Shown piece by piece: positions 25,130 through 40,000 of a stretch of DNA of 64,000 bases. The notes below the pieces were generated by a model, which was not told the DNA's origin, did not search any database, and saw nothing but the letters and a program-made list of their open reading frames with translations. A program made the position numbers and the translations under genes. Every line of letters starts with the position of its first letter. Within the stretch, counting starts at the first letter, position 1. The DNA comes from Azolla caroliniana. Lineage: Eukaryota > Plantae > Polypodiophyta. Location: the NCBI GenBank assembly GCA_043228905.1, contig JBHGNT010000016.1, positions 8,370,001-8,434,000 on the forward strand. The letters run 5' to 3'.

Positions 25130-28100
25130 TTTCTTCTTCTAAATCATCATAGTTGTCCACATAATCACTATCAGAAGGTGAATAAACAATGGCATTGTGA
25201 ATGTCTTCATCCTCTTGATCTCCATCATCATTACCAAATTAAGCATTGCAAGCCTCAGTTGTAGTTTGTCAAGTAATTATCCTTCTTGTACTTGCAACTC
25301 TCGCACAAGCATGACTACGAACATATCCACAACCTCTTCTAATAGTGCTAGAACTTGATCCCACCAATCCTTCATCCACTATCATAGCGGCAAACTTAGA
25401 TCTACTTCGAATAACCCGACCAATATGTGTAGCCTCAGCTTCCTCAAAATATTCTTGTGCGACTTGAGTATCAATATTGGTTGTTGATGGAGGCATTTCA
25501 GGAGTCTTGTCAATGTCTATCTCATTAGGATTTACCTAAATCAAATAATATTTTGGTATCATAATAATGATTCATAATATTTAAACCACAACCAATTAAC
25601 AAGTCTCGTTAATTAACCTACAAAATTCAAATGGTTTTCTAAACATCAAATGTCAACCATGAATAAGAATGATGTAGACTTGCATTGGAAGACCCGCATG
25701 AGTTTGAAAGCTTCAAACGAGCCTTAAGTTTTCTCTAACATATACTAATCTCTCCACTTGTTTCACCTTCAAACGGTTCCTCCTTTTTGTATGTGCCAAT
25801 GCATGTGCATTCCAATTTCTTTCAACAGCTCCAGAAGAGCAATCCTAGGACACAAAGTATTAAGCAAACAATACATGTCATTGTAGAAGATTAATAAAAT
25901 TGAAACATTAATAAAAAATGAACTATAATACCTGAGACAATACTCTACAAGCTAACGACTGTAGTAAGGATTGTCCCCATATCTTTCCCACCATGAGACA
26001 GGTTTACATTTTGCAATGTGTGATTTTGATAGTTCATTGCTAAATCGGCCCACACCATTCCTATACATGTCAAATTGATCTTGCAAGATTTCACATTCAT
26101 CTATAGAATATACCTTTTGAATATATGTGTGAATGTTAACGTGTGAAAGCGTTAGACAGAACCGGCTCAACCAGATAGCAACAGAGAATAAGATGAAGGT
26201 TTAATGAAGAACTTAACACAGAGAATACGCGTGGGAGAGATAGAGAGAGCAGAACATAAAATCAATTCAAAATAACACTCTAAAACTTTGTACATACAAT
26301 GTGCTTACAGAACACTATTTATACAAGTCCTCAGATGGACTGACAAAAGTACAATGTACTTCAATGTTCCTATGTGCGACTGACACTAACTACGAGAAAA
26401 TGATTACCTAGTAGTCTAGGCTACTACTAGGCTTCCGGTTCCCGCTCGAATCCAGCTCTCCGATCCGTCTCCCCGATCCGGCCGGTTGTTTCCGGATACC
26501 ATCTGGATACTGATTTGGCTCGTCCTTTCAGATGCCGATCCGACTCAGGCTTATTCAGCCGATCCGGATCCAGTTGAGCTTGCTTGCTCAACACTCTCCC
26601 TCAAGCTCAACTTGAGGCCGGATCGTGGCGTTAATGTCTGTGGCAGCATGTTCTTCTACTCGACTCCTTCTGACGTCGCTCCACCTTGCTCGCACTCCTC
26701 GTCCAGTCCAGTCCTGTTTGCCGCTACCCTTCTAGTTCTGCGCACCTCGACCTCCTCGGTCAGCTTGTCTGCTCAATAGGCCCATTTCAGCTCCCTCGCT
26801 GCTACCCGACGGTTCCTTCGTGTTGGCGTCGACTTTCGCTGCGTCCCTGTCTGCTTGGCCTTTAGTTGATCTAGCTCCTCTGAATCCAATTGTTGAAGTG
26901 AATCGGTTGTCTCCGATTTGTTCCCGCTCTTGTCCTAGTCGGTGTTCTCCAACTCATCTTCCGGTTTTAGGCTCTTTACCACATCAGACCATGTCCGGGT
27001 CTTGGCCTTCTCCTTCCGGTCGGCTCTGTCCTTCTTGACTTTGTCGCCGCTGCCTTCGTTGACTTGGCTTCCTTTTTCTGCTTATCTCCCCCTTTGTTGG
27101 TTCTTCCCTTTCCGGTTCCTTGTCCAGGGCCGTCATCAGTTTCTTTGACTTTGCCCGTTATGGCACCAATTTCTTTTCCTTTGCCCGTTCTCCCCCTCAA
27201 CTGCGGCACGTCGAGATGTTGCAACTTGTTCGATTTGAGCGGTTTCGTGAAGATGTCGGCAACCTACTGATCCGTCTGAACATACCGAAGTTCGACTTCA
27301 TCGCTCAAGACCTGCTCACGCACGAAGTGATAGTGCACTTCTATGTGCTTTGTTCGAGCATGGAATACGGGGTTCTTGGCGAGCTGAATGCTGCTCATGT
27401 TGTCACAGTAGATCAGGATTGGGGTGGATACCTCGATCCAGAGGTCACGCAGCAGTCGCCGAAGCCAGATGGCTTCACAGGTAGCAATGGTAGCGCCCCA
27501 GTACTCAGCCTCAGTGCTCGACAGAGCCATTGTTGGCTGCTCCATGCAACAACCGCGCTACCAAGAGAAAACATGTAACTGGAGGTGGATCGGTGATTCG
27601 ATGCATCACCAGCCCAGTCGGCATTTGTGTATCCAACTAGCTCTTTAGTTATACCATGCCGGTATAACAATCCCAGGTCCTTCATGCCGCAATATTCAAT
27701 GCGCACACTGAATGTGCTCCAGAGTTGGCTGATCACACCGACTAGATAACTGATGTCGGGTTGGGTGATTGTCAAGTATATTAGGCTTCCGACTATTTGT
27801 CAGAACCATTTCTCATCACAGGCCGGTTCGGAGTTGGGACAGAGCTTCTTGTTCCGGTCCAAGGGTGTGGAGACAGGTCGGGATTCCGTCATGCCGAACT
27901 TATACAACATATTGAACACATAGTGTTGTTGTGAGAGCAATATGCCGTCGGGGGTTCGGATTGCCTCGATCCCAAGGAAATAATGAAGGTCCCCCAGGTC
28001 CTTGATCTCAAATGCGTCCAACAGCTGGGCTTTGACACAACCGATTTCATTGAGTTCGGGTCCTATGATGACTAAATCATCTACATAAAGTAAGATTCAA

Positions 28101-31100
28101 ACCGAACTGTCCAGACCTTGCTGGATGAACAACGATGAGTTGGATTTACAGGTCATAAACCCCATCTTACGCAACTGGTGTGATCTTCGCATTCCAAGCT
28201 CGGGGGGCTTCTTTTAGACCGTAAAGTGACTTCATAAGATGGCACACCGCCGACTTGTTCATCTCCGATTGAAAACCAAGAGGTTGGATCATATAGACTC
28301 GTTCTTCAAGGTCACCTTGAAGAAACGCATTCTTCACGTCCATCTGGTGAAGACGCTACCCCCTTGCCACAACAACCGCCAGTACCACATGAACTGTCGT
28401 CATCTTCGCTATCGGAGCGAAGGTTTTGTCGCAGTCGATTCCGTGGGTCTGTGCGTATCCCTTCGCCACTAACTAGGCCTTGTATCGGTTAACCGAACCG
28501 TCAACATTGTACTTTACCTTGTACACCCATTTGCAACTGATCGGTTTACAGTGTTGGGGAGGGTCAACGAGGTCCCATGTGTCGTTGGCATCGATTGCCC
28601 GCATTTCTTCTTCCATAGCAGCATGCCAATTTGCATCCTTTGCCGCTTCTGTGTAGCTCTCCGGCTCACGCACTTTCGCCACTTTGGTCATGTACGCATA
28701 GTGATGCGCCATGTACTCATTGTACCCGTACCGCGTAACGGGGTTCTTCTGGTGGGAAGACCGGCATAACTTGTCATCACCCGGTCTGGGGCCCTTCTTG
28801 GCCGGTTCGGATTTCGTTCCCGAAGTTCTGCCTTCATCCTTTCCGAAGTCGGATTCGGTTCGATCCGACTCAACGTTGCCAGTTTCGTATTCTGGCATCT
28901 TCTTCTTCCCCTTCTCTTTGCGCGTGAACCGTCTCCTCGGTTGCTTGCGCGGGGAGAGCACAACAGAGTCTCCACTACTCACCGGTTTTTCATCCGACTG
29001 GTCATCTCGACTTAGCCACTCATTCGGTCCACTTAGCAGGAATAAGATCAGACTCTCTTCTAGAGTGCCGAAGTCTTCATCTTCTACCTAGACCTCCTTG
29101 GGTTCACTAGCCTCATCTTCCGGAATCGGGTCTTCGTTGGGAGTTGGAGTCGGTAAGGAGTACCATGATGCCGTCTCATCAAACTCGACATCTCGGCTTA
29201 CTCGGACCTGCTTATCTAGGGGTTATAACACTTATACCCATTTTGCTCATGCGAGTAACCGACTAGGATGCACTTCTCCGACTTCGGATCCAACTTCCTC
29301 TGCTTCTCATCCAGTACATACACATATGTTATGCTACCGAATATCCGAAGGTGCCTCAAATTCGGCTTCGGCCCGAAATACAGCTGATGTGCTGACACCT
29401 TGTCTCCGATCCGGTTTTGGATGTAGACGACCATCTGGACCGCCTCAGCCCAGTAGAATTGGGGCATGCTTTTCTCCTCCGGCATTGCCCTTGCCGCGTT
29501 GACAATCGACCGGTTCTTCCTTTCGGCCACACCGTTTTGCTTTGGTGTGTATATGCAGCTGAATTCTCTTTGAATTCCGTTTTGCTGCAGATAACTGTTG
29601 AATTGGCTGGAAAAGTATTGTTTTCGGCCATTTGACCGTAGGCACTTGATCTTCCTCTCTGTTTCCCGTTCAACTAAGCTTTGCAAGTTCCGAAAACATT
29701 CGAAGACATTGCTCTTCCGTTCGATGAGGTAGATCCACGTGTGCTGGCTGTAGTTGTCAATAAAGGAGACGAAATACCGACTCCTGCCAAGACTAACGTT
29801 TTGTGCCGGTCCCCATACATCCGAGTGGATTATGTCGAGCTTGTTATGGCTCTGGTTTCGTTCGGTGGGGAATGGAAGCCGTTGTTGCTTCCCGAGTTGG
29901 TAGGCTTCACAAATTTCGGCTTCCGACCGCTAAATTTTGGCAAATTGAAAACAACTTGTTTCGATTGTAGGTCTTGAAGCCTTTTGTAGTTGACGTGGCC
30001 GATCCGCTTGTGCCAGAGATTGATGTCCGATTCAATCTTCTATCCTTTGGTAAACATGGCGGTGCCGATGCCATTAGTGTTGAGGATGAACATACTCCCT
30101 TCCCTGTGCCCTTGCGCGATTATCCGGCCTTCTTCCTCGATGAAGCACCCGAGGTGTGTAAAGCGCACCTGCATTCCTTGGTCGACGATTTGTTCGACCG
30201 ATACTAGGTTCTTTGTGATAGTTGGAACATGTAGTACGTTCATCAGCTTCCACTTTTGTCCGACATGGCTTAAAGGCAATCGGGTGAGGGGTTTCGTCTC
30301 CGGTTTCGACAATCCTCGGTTGTCCCGGTTTCTCCAAAAAAGAGAACCACTCTTCATGGCTCGTCATGTGGTTGGATGCTCCGGAATCAACGTACCATAC
30401 TTCCTCCGATTTGGAAGTAGTCTTCTTCATCGAGTTAGCCTTGTGCTTCATCATGAACGTTGGCCCTTTACCGGTCTTCCCGGTTTTGGATCCTTCCAAT
30501 CCTTCCGTGTAGTGCGAGCTTTGCCGGTTTTCCTGACCGGTTTTGCCGGATCTGGATTTGTCTAAATCAGCATGCTTCTTCCAGCACTCGCTTTCCCTGT
30601 GGCCTTTCTTGCCACAATACCAACATTCTGTGTCGGCCTTCCCTAGCCGGTTCCTAGTGCCGCTTTGACTCCCCCTGCTTGTGGAGGGTCCAGAACTGTT
30701 GTCGGCACTACCTCTATGCCTACGGTCCTGCTCTTGCTCGCCGCCTCCATTGCGTGCCAACCCACCTCGTCCACCACATTCATGGGGCCAATTTGTCTCC
30801 GTGTACAACATCCGGCTGTTCGATTGAGTGGTCCTCGACCCCCTCGTGTGGTTTTCTTCGACCATCAACATTGATTGTAAGTCGAAGAAGGACGGTGGCT
30901 TCTCCTGGGTGCAGATTGCTGTCCAGATTGGCCCGTACCTTTGCGCTAGAACACCGAGGCAGATTTGGACCATCTCGTCTTTGTCCACTGTCACGTTGAT
31001 GGACCCGAGCACATCACAAATCTCCTTTATTTTGGTGGTGTAATCCGTAACCGACATGTCTCTTTGCCGTATGTTGTTCAACTCTTGCCGGAGCTGCAAC

Positions 31101-33620
31101 TTACGGGCTGTGGTACTCGTGGCGAAAATCTTCCTCAGATTTCCCTAGGCCCCCTTCGGCGTTTTTTGCATCCTTTATGTAGTCGAGCATCTGGTCGTGC
31201 ACACAAGACGTGAGGCAGTACAATACTCGGTTCGCTCCTTGCTCCCATACTGGGAAGTCCTCGTTTCTTCCACGAAGCTCCAATATCCATGCCCCAACAG
31301 GTATTGGTGCATCTTGTATGACCAGGACGCGTCGTTGCTCTAGTCGAGCTTCTCTGTTGGAAGTGAGCTCGCCATTCCTCTGTCCATATCTTCTCTTTAT
31401 TTGTTGTTACCCGGTTGTAGGGTTCGTCTACGAAAGCAAGTGTCGGTTGCAGAGGTTCTCAACCCTCGCGCTCTGATACCATGTGAATGTTAACATGTGG
31501 AAGCGTTAGACAGAACCAACTTAGCTAGATAGCAACAGAGAATAAGATGAAGGTTTAATGAAGAACTTAACACGAAGAATACACGTGGGAGAGATAGAGA
31601 GAGCAGAACATAAACTCAATTCAAAATAACACTCTAAAACTTTGTACATACAATGTGCTTATAGAACACTATTTATACAAGTCCTCAGATGAACTGACAG
31701 AAGTACAATGTACTTCAATGTTCCTACGTGCGACTGACACTAACTATGAGACAATGATTACCTAGTAGTCTAGGCTACTACTAGGCTTCCAGTTCCCGCT
31801 CGAATCTGGCTCTCCGATCCGGCCGGTTGTTTCCAGATACCATCTGGATACTGATCCGGCTCATCCTTTTGGATGCCGATCTGGCTCAAGTTTATTCAGC
31901 CGATCTGGATCCGGTTGAGCTTGCTCGCTCAACAATATGCAAGCCATCCATATGTCATCTCTTCATTCATAACTATTGGTTGATCTTTGGGCTTCCATAA
32001 AGGATGCAAAATATGTGCAACAATATGAATTGGCTTTTTGAACCACGACCAACGACAATCAAAACATTCCAAAACCTCTTTATATCTGCATTAACATTTG
32101 AATTTGAATCAAACTCGAAATTAGTTACCAAAATATGCATAACGTAGATGATATCAATGATTCAAAGAAATGAAAAAGATGCAATAAACATCAATTGTAC
32201 ATAGTATATAGTACATAGAAACATATTACTTGTCCTTGTTTAATGTGTCCTCTCTCGCTCCTTGTTGCAATCTGTCTCTAGCCCTCCTCATGAACTCATA
32301 AAGTAAGCCCATTGCAGATCCTTCACGATTAGTTAGCCGTAAAACAGAAAACAATGGACGCATAATTGAAATTACAATCATAATTGAAGGCAAAGTAGAG
32401 TTATCTTGCACAATGGACTTCACCTTGACAACATCTGGCTTTTTGGAGTCACTCCAATCCTCCCAATAGTTACTAACCACAGTTTGTTCAAGGGCTCTCC
32501 AAACTCTTAGCAGCTTCTCAAGGACAATAAGAATGTAGCCAAATCGAGTGACACTTGGCCTAAGGAGCACAAGAGATGAATAGTTGCTGAAATTTTTTCA
32601 TGCATTCCTTTTCTTGGTGAATAGCCTAACCACACAATTTGCTCTCTTGTGCACTTGACGAGCCCAACTCAACTTCCCAATATCCCCTAGCAATAAATCT
32701 AAACAATGTGATGCACAAGGAGTCCATACAAGGCTTGAGAATTCAGTCTCTAAAATGTGACCCATGCTAACACAATTATATGCATTATTCGTAACAATTT
32801 GCACCACATTTCTACTTTTACTTCCTTTATCACAATTGATAGCATTTCAGCCAACCATGAACCATCAACCCTTGTAGAAACACCACTACAATTAATAGTT
32901 TTAAGGTACATTGTGCCATAACAACATGAGCCCAAAATATTCACAAGTCCTCGTTTGCTAGTGTCAATCCATCCATATGAAAGTATGGTTCCTCCAACAT
33001 GACATTTTCAAAAGATTAAAAGATAGATTACCTTCCACAATGCATCTAACCAACACTGTGTTTGCATGGTCTTTCTTGATCAACATAGCGGCACTTGATC
33101 CTCTCCTTATCGTGCTTTGAGTGAGACTTTTACTTCTTGAACCTTCTGTATCTTCAATATCAATAGGAATTTGGTCTATTGAATCCTTCTTAGATGAGGC
33201 ACATATGCTACACATTGAAGGTTGTGATTGGAACATTGAATCAACCATTGAATCCACCATGACTTCTTGAAGCTCAATTTGTTTTTCCATGGCTTCTACT
33301 TCTTTAATGTGTTTTAGCTTCTTGCAAGTCAATTCACTTCTTGTGCTACTGCTATAGCATCTTGATATGCCTCTAGAGTTACTTGCACACACTTATCTAT
33401 ACCTTCACCTTTAATTCCAACAAGGTGAGCAACTAAACGTGTTAGTGTCCCAGACCCATGAAAATCACATTATTTGCAATCCCGATAATAGTTCCCAGAT
33501 GACTTCCCAACTTGTTTGTTCAAACAATATTTATCCCATAAGGGGGATTCCTTGCATGGCATAGTTGATTGAGGATGACAAGTTCTAGAGACCCGAAGTT
33601 GTCTTTTATATTGTCCTAAA
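25130..33620 (-). pseudogene. Decayed hAT transposase (BED finger, DUF659-type core, dimerisation domain), apparently intron-containing, interrupted by I
   Basis: VQIVTNNAYNC..WTPCASHCLDLLL, LLRPSVTRF, PVSWWERYG, SSGAVERNWN..RRNRL; ends approximate. Confidence 0.82.
26128..31934 (-). mobile_element. Full-length degenerate Copia I (A family) inside the hAT transposase
   Basis: LTRs 26128-26593 and 31482-31934, TSD ATATG, tRNA-iMet PBS 31470-31481, PPT next to 26594; gag-protease-integrase-RT-RNaseH fragments. Confidence 0.93.
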
Positions 33621-33896
33621 TTCATGAATCCACAATGTTAAATGTGTGTATAAGGAAATCATGTGATGTAACAATGCAGGAAGAAATTGTTTAAATGATA
33701 GGCATAAGCAAATGGCAAATCCGAATGGAAGATACCTACCTAAGAAAATGATATTCCATCCCCATCAAGAGGAAACAATTATTATTCATTACAAATGAAT
33801 GATAAAAGAGCACATAATCACGGAACTTTTACCTGTGATGTAAAGAGTGTCACAATTGTATGCATCACGAATCATACATGCATACAATACAATACA

Positions 33897-33902
33897 AACA
33901 CA

Positions 33903-33950
<48 letters not shown>
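33897..33950. repeat. (CA)n microsatellite
   Basis: Direct inspection. Confidence 0.9.
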
Positions 33951-33952
<2 letters not shown>

Positions 33953-36900
33953 ACAATAATGTACGTATATATGCATATATAATGTATGTGCTGTACATGC
34001 TCACTTCTTCTCTTCCTTTCTTTACTGCGTGGCCAAAGGAAGGCACAAGATAAAGAATGAGATAATGACCGCCTGTTACCGAGAGTTGAGCTTTAGCTCT
34101 TCCCCATCCCTCCGCTCTACCCCTCTCCATCTCACATAGAAGACATTCTCCAATGATGAGGCATTCCTCATCTCCCTCTTCTTTCTTCTCCAAATGGGGA
34201 GGCCTTTTAATGGCTACTTATGATTGAATTAACCAGCCATTAAAAGGCCTAAATTAAGCTTGATTGGATGTCTATTCCATGTCTATATGAATCATGATCA
34301 AGGATTAAAAATGTATCTACTGTATATAGTCTATGGTTCTACAATCAAATTAACCCTAAAATATGAACCTACCTTTGATAAGTTCTATGATTTTATGATC
34401 AAAATTGACTTCAAATTTTATGAAATTCTGGTAAAATTATGCCAAAAATAAAACTATGTTTTATGCTCTCTATGTGTGTAAGATCAATTAACACTAAAAT
34501 TTGAAAGCTCGAGTTTATTGTGTTCTGTGATTGTGTGATGGTATTAGGCCTAACCAAAATATTTACTACTCCTAGATGCATGAAAGCAAAGCTAAATTTT
34601 GACTGGTTAATATTTATTAGAGGTAGAAATTGACCTCCATTTTGTCTCCAGAGGTGGACCCATGTCCAGCCGCAAGGCTTATTCTTCCCCCCTAATTATC
34701 ATCACATTTCATCAATGTCAGAGCTCAACCATCTATTGTTTCTGGCTTGAAGAAAAGCAACTCTCCCAACCCTCAAAAGTTATCGAGGATAACAATAAAT
34801 CCAGTAATTACATTATTACACAAACTAAATAATTATAATTAATCATAAATACAATAGATACTGATAGTCTGTGTAACATTAAGATGATGGAAAATCACCA
34901 ATTTAGCGAAAATTTCAGCACTGAAAATTTCCCATCGAAATGAAGAAACACCTCAACAGAATTTATGCTCCTTGAGAGTTAATCCTATATAATAATATAA
35001 TGCATTCAAGAAGCAATATTAGTTCATATACCTGTGTAAAAACCTAGGTTGCTTGAAGCTTCAGAGTTTGGATTTCCTTTTTCTCTAGTAAAAAATACCC
35101 TAGAAAATTAAATTTTAAATTATTTACAAATTTAGGCTTAGAAAAAATGACAGTTCCAAAAGGTTGAATATGTTTAGAATACGTGTGGGTATTCTAAAAC
35201 ATACTCTATTTATAAAATACGCATTTTTTAACAACAATGGATGTTAGTCACGTATTTCTCTTGTGACAACCACAAGACTTTCTTAGTTCTATGTCAAACT
35301 ATGTGCATCCCTAAAATCTGTTTAACTGGTCCAACATCTTTCATGGCAAACAATTTGCCTAGAGCTTTCTTCAAGCTTTCGATCTTCCTTGTATCTTGAT
35401 CGACTATCAACATGTCATCTACATATAACAAGAGAATCAAGAAGTCACCTTTGTCGTACCTTTTGACGAACACACAATGATCAGCCTGTGTTTTCTAGAA
35501 CCTATGTTCAACCATGAAGGACTCGAACTTCTTGTACCATTGGTGTGGAGCTTGTTTCAACCCATACAAGGTTTTCTTAAGTCGACACACCAGGTTCTCT
35601 TTCCCTTTCTCCTCAAAACCTTCGGGCTGTTGCATGTAAATCTCTTCATTCAGCTCCCCATGCAAGAATGTTGTCTTGACATCCAATTGTTCGATCTCCA
35701 GATCCATACTAGCAACTATGCTCATAATAGTTCTAATGGATGTCATCTTCACGACTAGAGTGAATATTCAATCAAAGTCGACGCCCTTTTTCTGTTGGAC
35801 CGTTCACCACAATGCGGGCTTTATACCTAGGCGCACTGTCGACTTCTCTAGTCTTCACCTTGTAGACCCATTTGTTCCGGAGTGCTCTGTTACCTTTCGG
35901 TCATTCTACTAGGTCATAGGTGTAGTTTTCATGCAAGGAGTTTTTCTCGTCTTGCATTGCGCTCAACAATTTTCTCTGTGCTTGTCGGCAATGGCTTTGT
36001 CATAGCACTCGGGTTCACCTTCATCAGTCAAGAGGATGTATTGATTGGCATATGTCGTCGGTGCTCTCCTTTTTCTGAGTGGGCATCTCCTTCCACTTAT
36101 TGTTGGTCCTCGTTCGGATGTCTCTGCCAACTCTTCTCTCGGTTCATTCATGTCGATCGGTTGTCGGGTGTCCACTAACTCCGATTCGTATTAATCAATC
36201 AACTTTAACAGATCTGCCGACTCAAACTCATAATATGTCGGTCTCTCTGAGTCGACTGACTCGGATTCGGCTGTGCCGACTGGCGGTCTCCGAACAACCG
36301 ACTGTGTCGGTTCACTTGGCCTCAAGTCGATAATAGTGGAGGTTGATTGGTTAGTCGATTCCAACTTTTGTTGCTTCCAGTTCTCTATGGTCTTGTCTTC
36401 CAAGAAGACTACATCTTGACTCCTCACTACCTTCTTGTCGAGTAGATCACATAGCCTATAGCCAAACTCATCTTCTGAGTATCCCATGAATATGCCTGGT
36501 TTCGACTTACTGTCGAGTTTTGGCCTCTGATCCTTACCTACATGCATATACACTAGGCATCCAAACACCCTCAAGTGTCAGTAGGAGACATCCTTTCCTG
36601 TCCACACCCTTTGTGGGACATCACCTTTCAACGGTACTGAGGGGGACATGTTGATAAGATAAAAAGTTGTGTACATCACCTCAGCCCAATATATTTTCGG
36701 CAGTTTAGCATGCGACGACATGCTCCTTACTCTCTCCATGATTGTCCGGTTCATCCTCTCTGCAAGCTTGTTCAACTCAGGGGTCTTCGGTACTGTGTAT
36801 TCGATTCGAATACCTTGGACCTTGTAGTATTCCTCGAACTCCCCTTTATATTCGCCACCATTGTCAGTTCAGACAACCTTCAACTTCCGACCTGACTCCC

Positions 36901-37011
36901 GTTCAGCTCTTGCCTGGAACTCCTTGAAGAAGGACAGTACTTGATCTTTTGACTTTAGTACGAAAGCCCACAACTTCTGACTGTAGTCGTCGATGAAAGT
37001 CACAAAGTACT

Positions 37012-40000
37012 TGTTAAGAATTAGGTGATTAACTACGGGTTAATTAGTACCTAATTATGTGATTAGTTGATAAGCGGAAGATTAAGTGATATGTGTGTAT
37101 GTGTGTGAGAGGAAGTTAACACTTATGAACAACACAAGATGGGGGATGATTAACTCTATATTAAATTAACATCATCATCATCAAAAACAAAAATACCCAC
37201 AATGAGGTATATATACATCTCATGTCCAGGTGCACATGTGTGAGTAGAATATAGGTACTAAGGTGTAAGTCCTATATTAAATGTACTTAGGAGTGGAGGA
37301 TCTAGAATATCCCACCTAAGTACAAGGTCCTATTTAAGACGTTATAATCAACACTCCTAACTAGATTCTATCTAGGTAACTACGAAATTACATGGTTGAC
37401 TAAATAACTAAACTAAGTTGAGCTTGATCTCTCAACACACCCCCTCAAGCTCAAGTGTGAGGCATTTGACATCCGCTTTGGCTTTCTTCGGTTTCGTGTG
37501 CTTCTATTCAGCCTTTGGTTTTCTTCGGCCTTTCCGAGGCAATCTCGGTTCCTCCCCCTCAACCCGATGACAGAGGCTTGTAGAGTGTGGGCGAAGGTGG
37601 ACTACTTCCACCCATTGTGGGTTACGAGCCGCTTCGGTGGAGCTCTTGGGCTTGATTTGGCCGCTACCTTCATCGCGAAGGCATAGTGATGGGCCATGTA
37701 CTTGTTGTAGCCGAGCCGAGTGACGGGGTTCTTAGCTCTAGATGAGCGTCGAAGTTTTTCGCTCGCTGATGTGAGCGCCTTCTTTGCTCCAGGTGTCCGC
37801 ATGATGGGTACACCAAACTCACTGTCTAGTGAGCAAGCCGACACATCCGAATCACTATTGTCGGGGTGGTCGACTTTGTATTCAGGCATCTTACCTTTGC
37901 CTTTGTCCAAGTGCAGACTTGGCCGCGATGTGCTTGGGTCGCGCGGGGGCTCTTGTGGCCCACTAAGCCTTGTCATAATCGGACTTTGATCTCCATCTTC
38001 TACCTCTTGTTCGACAGATTTCGGTTCGAGCGGAGTCAGAGTCAAAGCTGTCTTTGGTGCGTACCAGGATGCAGACTCGTTGAAGACTATGTCTCGACTT
38101 ACCCGCACCGCTCGGGTAGAAGGGTTGTAGCACTTGTATGCCTTCTTCTCAGACGAGTATCCTATGAGGATACATTTCTCCGATTTCACGTCGGGCTTCT
38201 GTTGGTTTTCGTTCGGGATGCGTATATTCACAATGCTTCCAAACACTTTGAGGTGCGACAGGATCAACTTCCATCCAACGAGGAGCTCATATAGAGTTAG
38301 CTCATGCACTGGTGCACCGGTTCATGACATAGACGGTTGTGGATGCTACATCAGCCCAATAGAAGTTCGGCATGTGCTTCTCATGTAACATGGTCCGTAC
38401 TACCTTGAGTATTTGCAGATTCTTCCTTTCGGTGACTCCATTTTGTTGGGGTGTGTGTTGGCATGAGAATTCTCTCCGAAGGCCTTCACTTTGGAGGTAG
38501 GGGGTGAATTCATCGGAGAAGTACTCCTTGCCTCCATCCGATCGTAGGTATCGAATGTGTCGACCGGTTTCTTTTTCGACTTGGTCCTTTAGCTTTTGGA
38601 AGTGGGAGAACACTTCGCTCTTCTTCTTCTCGGGAAGATCCACGCGTAGCGCGAGTAGTCGTCGATGAAGGTGACGTAGAATCGGCATCCGCCGATCGTC
38701 GGCGTTTGAGCCGGTCCCCATACATCCGAGTGTATGATGTCGAGGAGGCCATTTCTTGCGTGGCTCTCCTTCGGGAATGGGAGTCGATGTTGTTTGCTGA
38801 GTTGGCATGCTTCACATACTCGGTCGACTCGAATGCCGAAAGTCCAATGCCGACTCCCTTTGATTGCATTGCTCGTAGCCCTTGGAGGTTTATGTGGCCA
38901 ATTCTTTTGTGCCACAACTCGATGCTTGTCTCGGTTTTGAGAGCTTTGGCATACATGGATGATTTCACCTTGTTCGAATCGAGGATGAACATTGACTGTC
39001 TCTTCGTCCCTTGGCTATGAGTCGGCCATCTTTCTCGATGAAACAACCTTCACTGTTGAAGCGGACTTGCATGCCTTGCTCAACGATTTGGCTGACGGAG
39101 ACCAAATTCGTCGTTATTGTGGGCACATGCAAGACATTCTTGATGGAAGTTTGCTCGCCTTCTTTCCCGAATGGGACATTGCCGATGTGCTGAATGGGAT
39201 GTGTGGTGTCGTCTTGCGTGTTTATTTACCCGGGTTGATCCGGTGTACGCAAGTCATTGAATCTCTCTTTGTGGGATGTAATGTGATGTGAGGCGCCGGA
39301 ATTGACGAACCACATGTCTTCCGAATTGGAGGTGCTTGCGAAGTAGAAGGTCGACATAGAGTTCACTCTATGCCTCATTACGAATAGTCCATCGTAGTCA
39401 TCGTATTCAGAGTTGGTGGCGTAATTCGTGAGTTGTCAACATGTTGAAGCCGACTCGCTTCTTCTATTTCGGCACTCCTCGTGGTGGCAGATTTTTCAAT
39501 AATTGTTGCAAGTTGCGGGCCTCATTTTCCAACCTTGTTCAGCATGGAAGCTCCCCCTTCTTCTGAAGGTTCCTAGATGGCTTCTGTGAAGGTTTGAGTT
39601 CCCTTCATGTGATGGGCCGAATTGACCTCTTCTATAGCTGTGACCTCGTCCTCAACCACCGTCTGAATTCGAGAAGAACATTTGTCCTTCCGACGTCTTG
39701 CATTTGGTTTAGACGTGGTTCTCTTCAACCAATAGCATTGATTGAATGTCGAAGAACAAAGGAGGGTTTTCTCTCCCCAAGATTTCCGTCCTTAATGGGT
39801 CGAATCGTTGTGCGAGGCCACCCAAGCATACTTGAACCATCTTGTCTTCATCGACATTTATGTTGATGGAGCCAAGTGAGTCACAAATGCTCTTGATTTT
39901 GGCGGTGTAGTCTGACACAGACATATCCTTTTGCCGAATGTTGTTAAACTCTAGTCGGAGTTGAAGCTTTTAGGCGGACATGTTGGCGGCGGACATGTTG

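Larger units (their letters stand above)
24603..35239 (-). mobile_element. hAT DNA transposon inserted in the RT of E
   Basis: 8-bp TSD GATGTTAG (24595-24602, 35240-35247); imperfect TIRs CAGGGTTGT / ACAACAATG; subterminal AATACG repeats at both ends; removing it restores Copia EKYVTNILERF. Confidence 0.9.

Noticed and set aside
33789-34193. 134-aa ORF with VCVC repeat
   Set aside because: Translation of a (CA)n microsatellite
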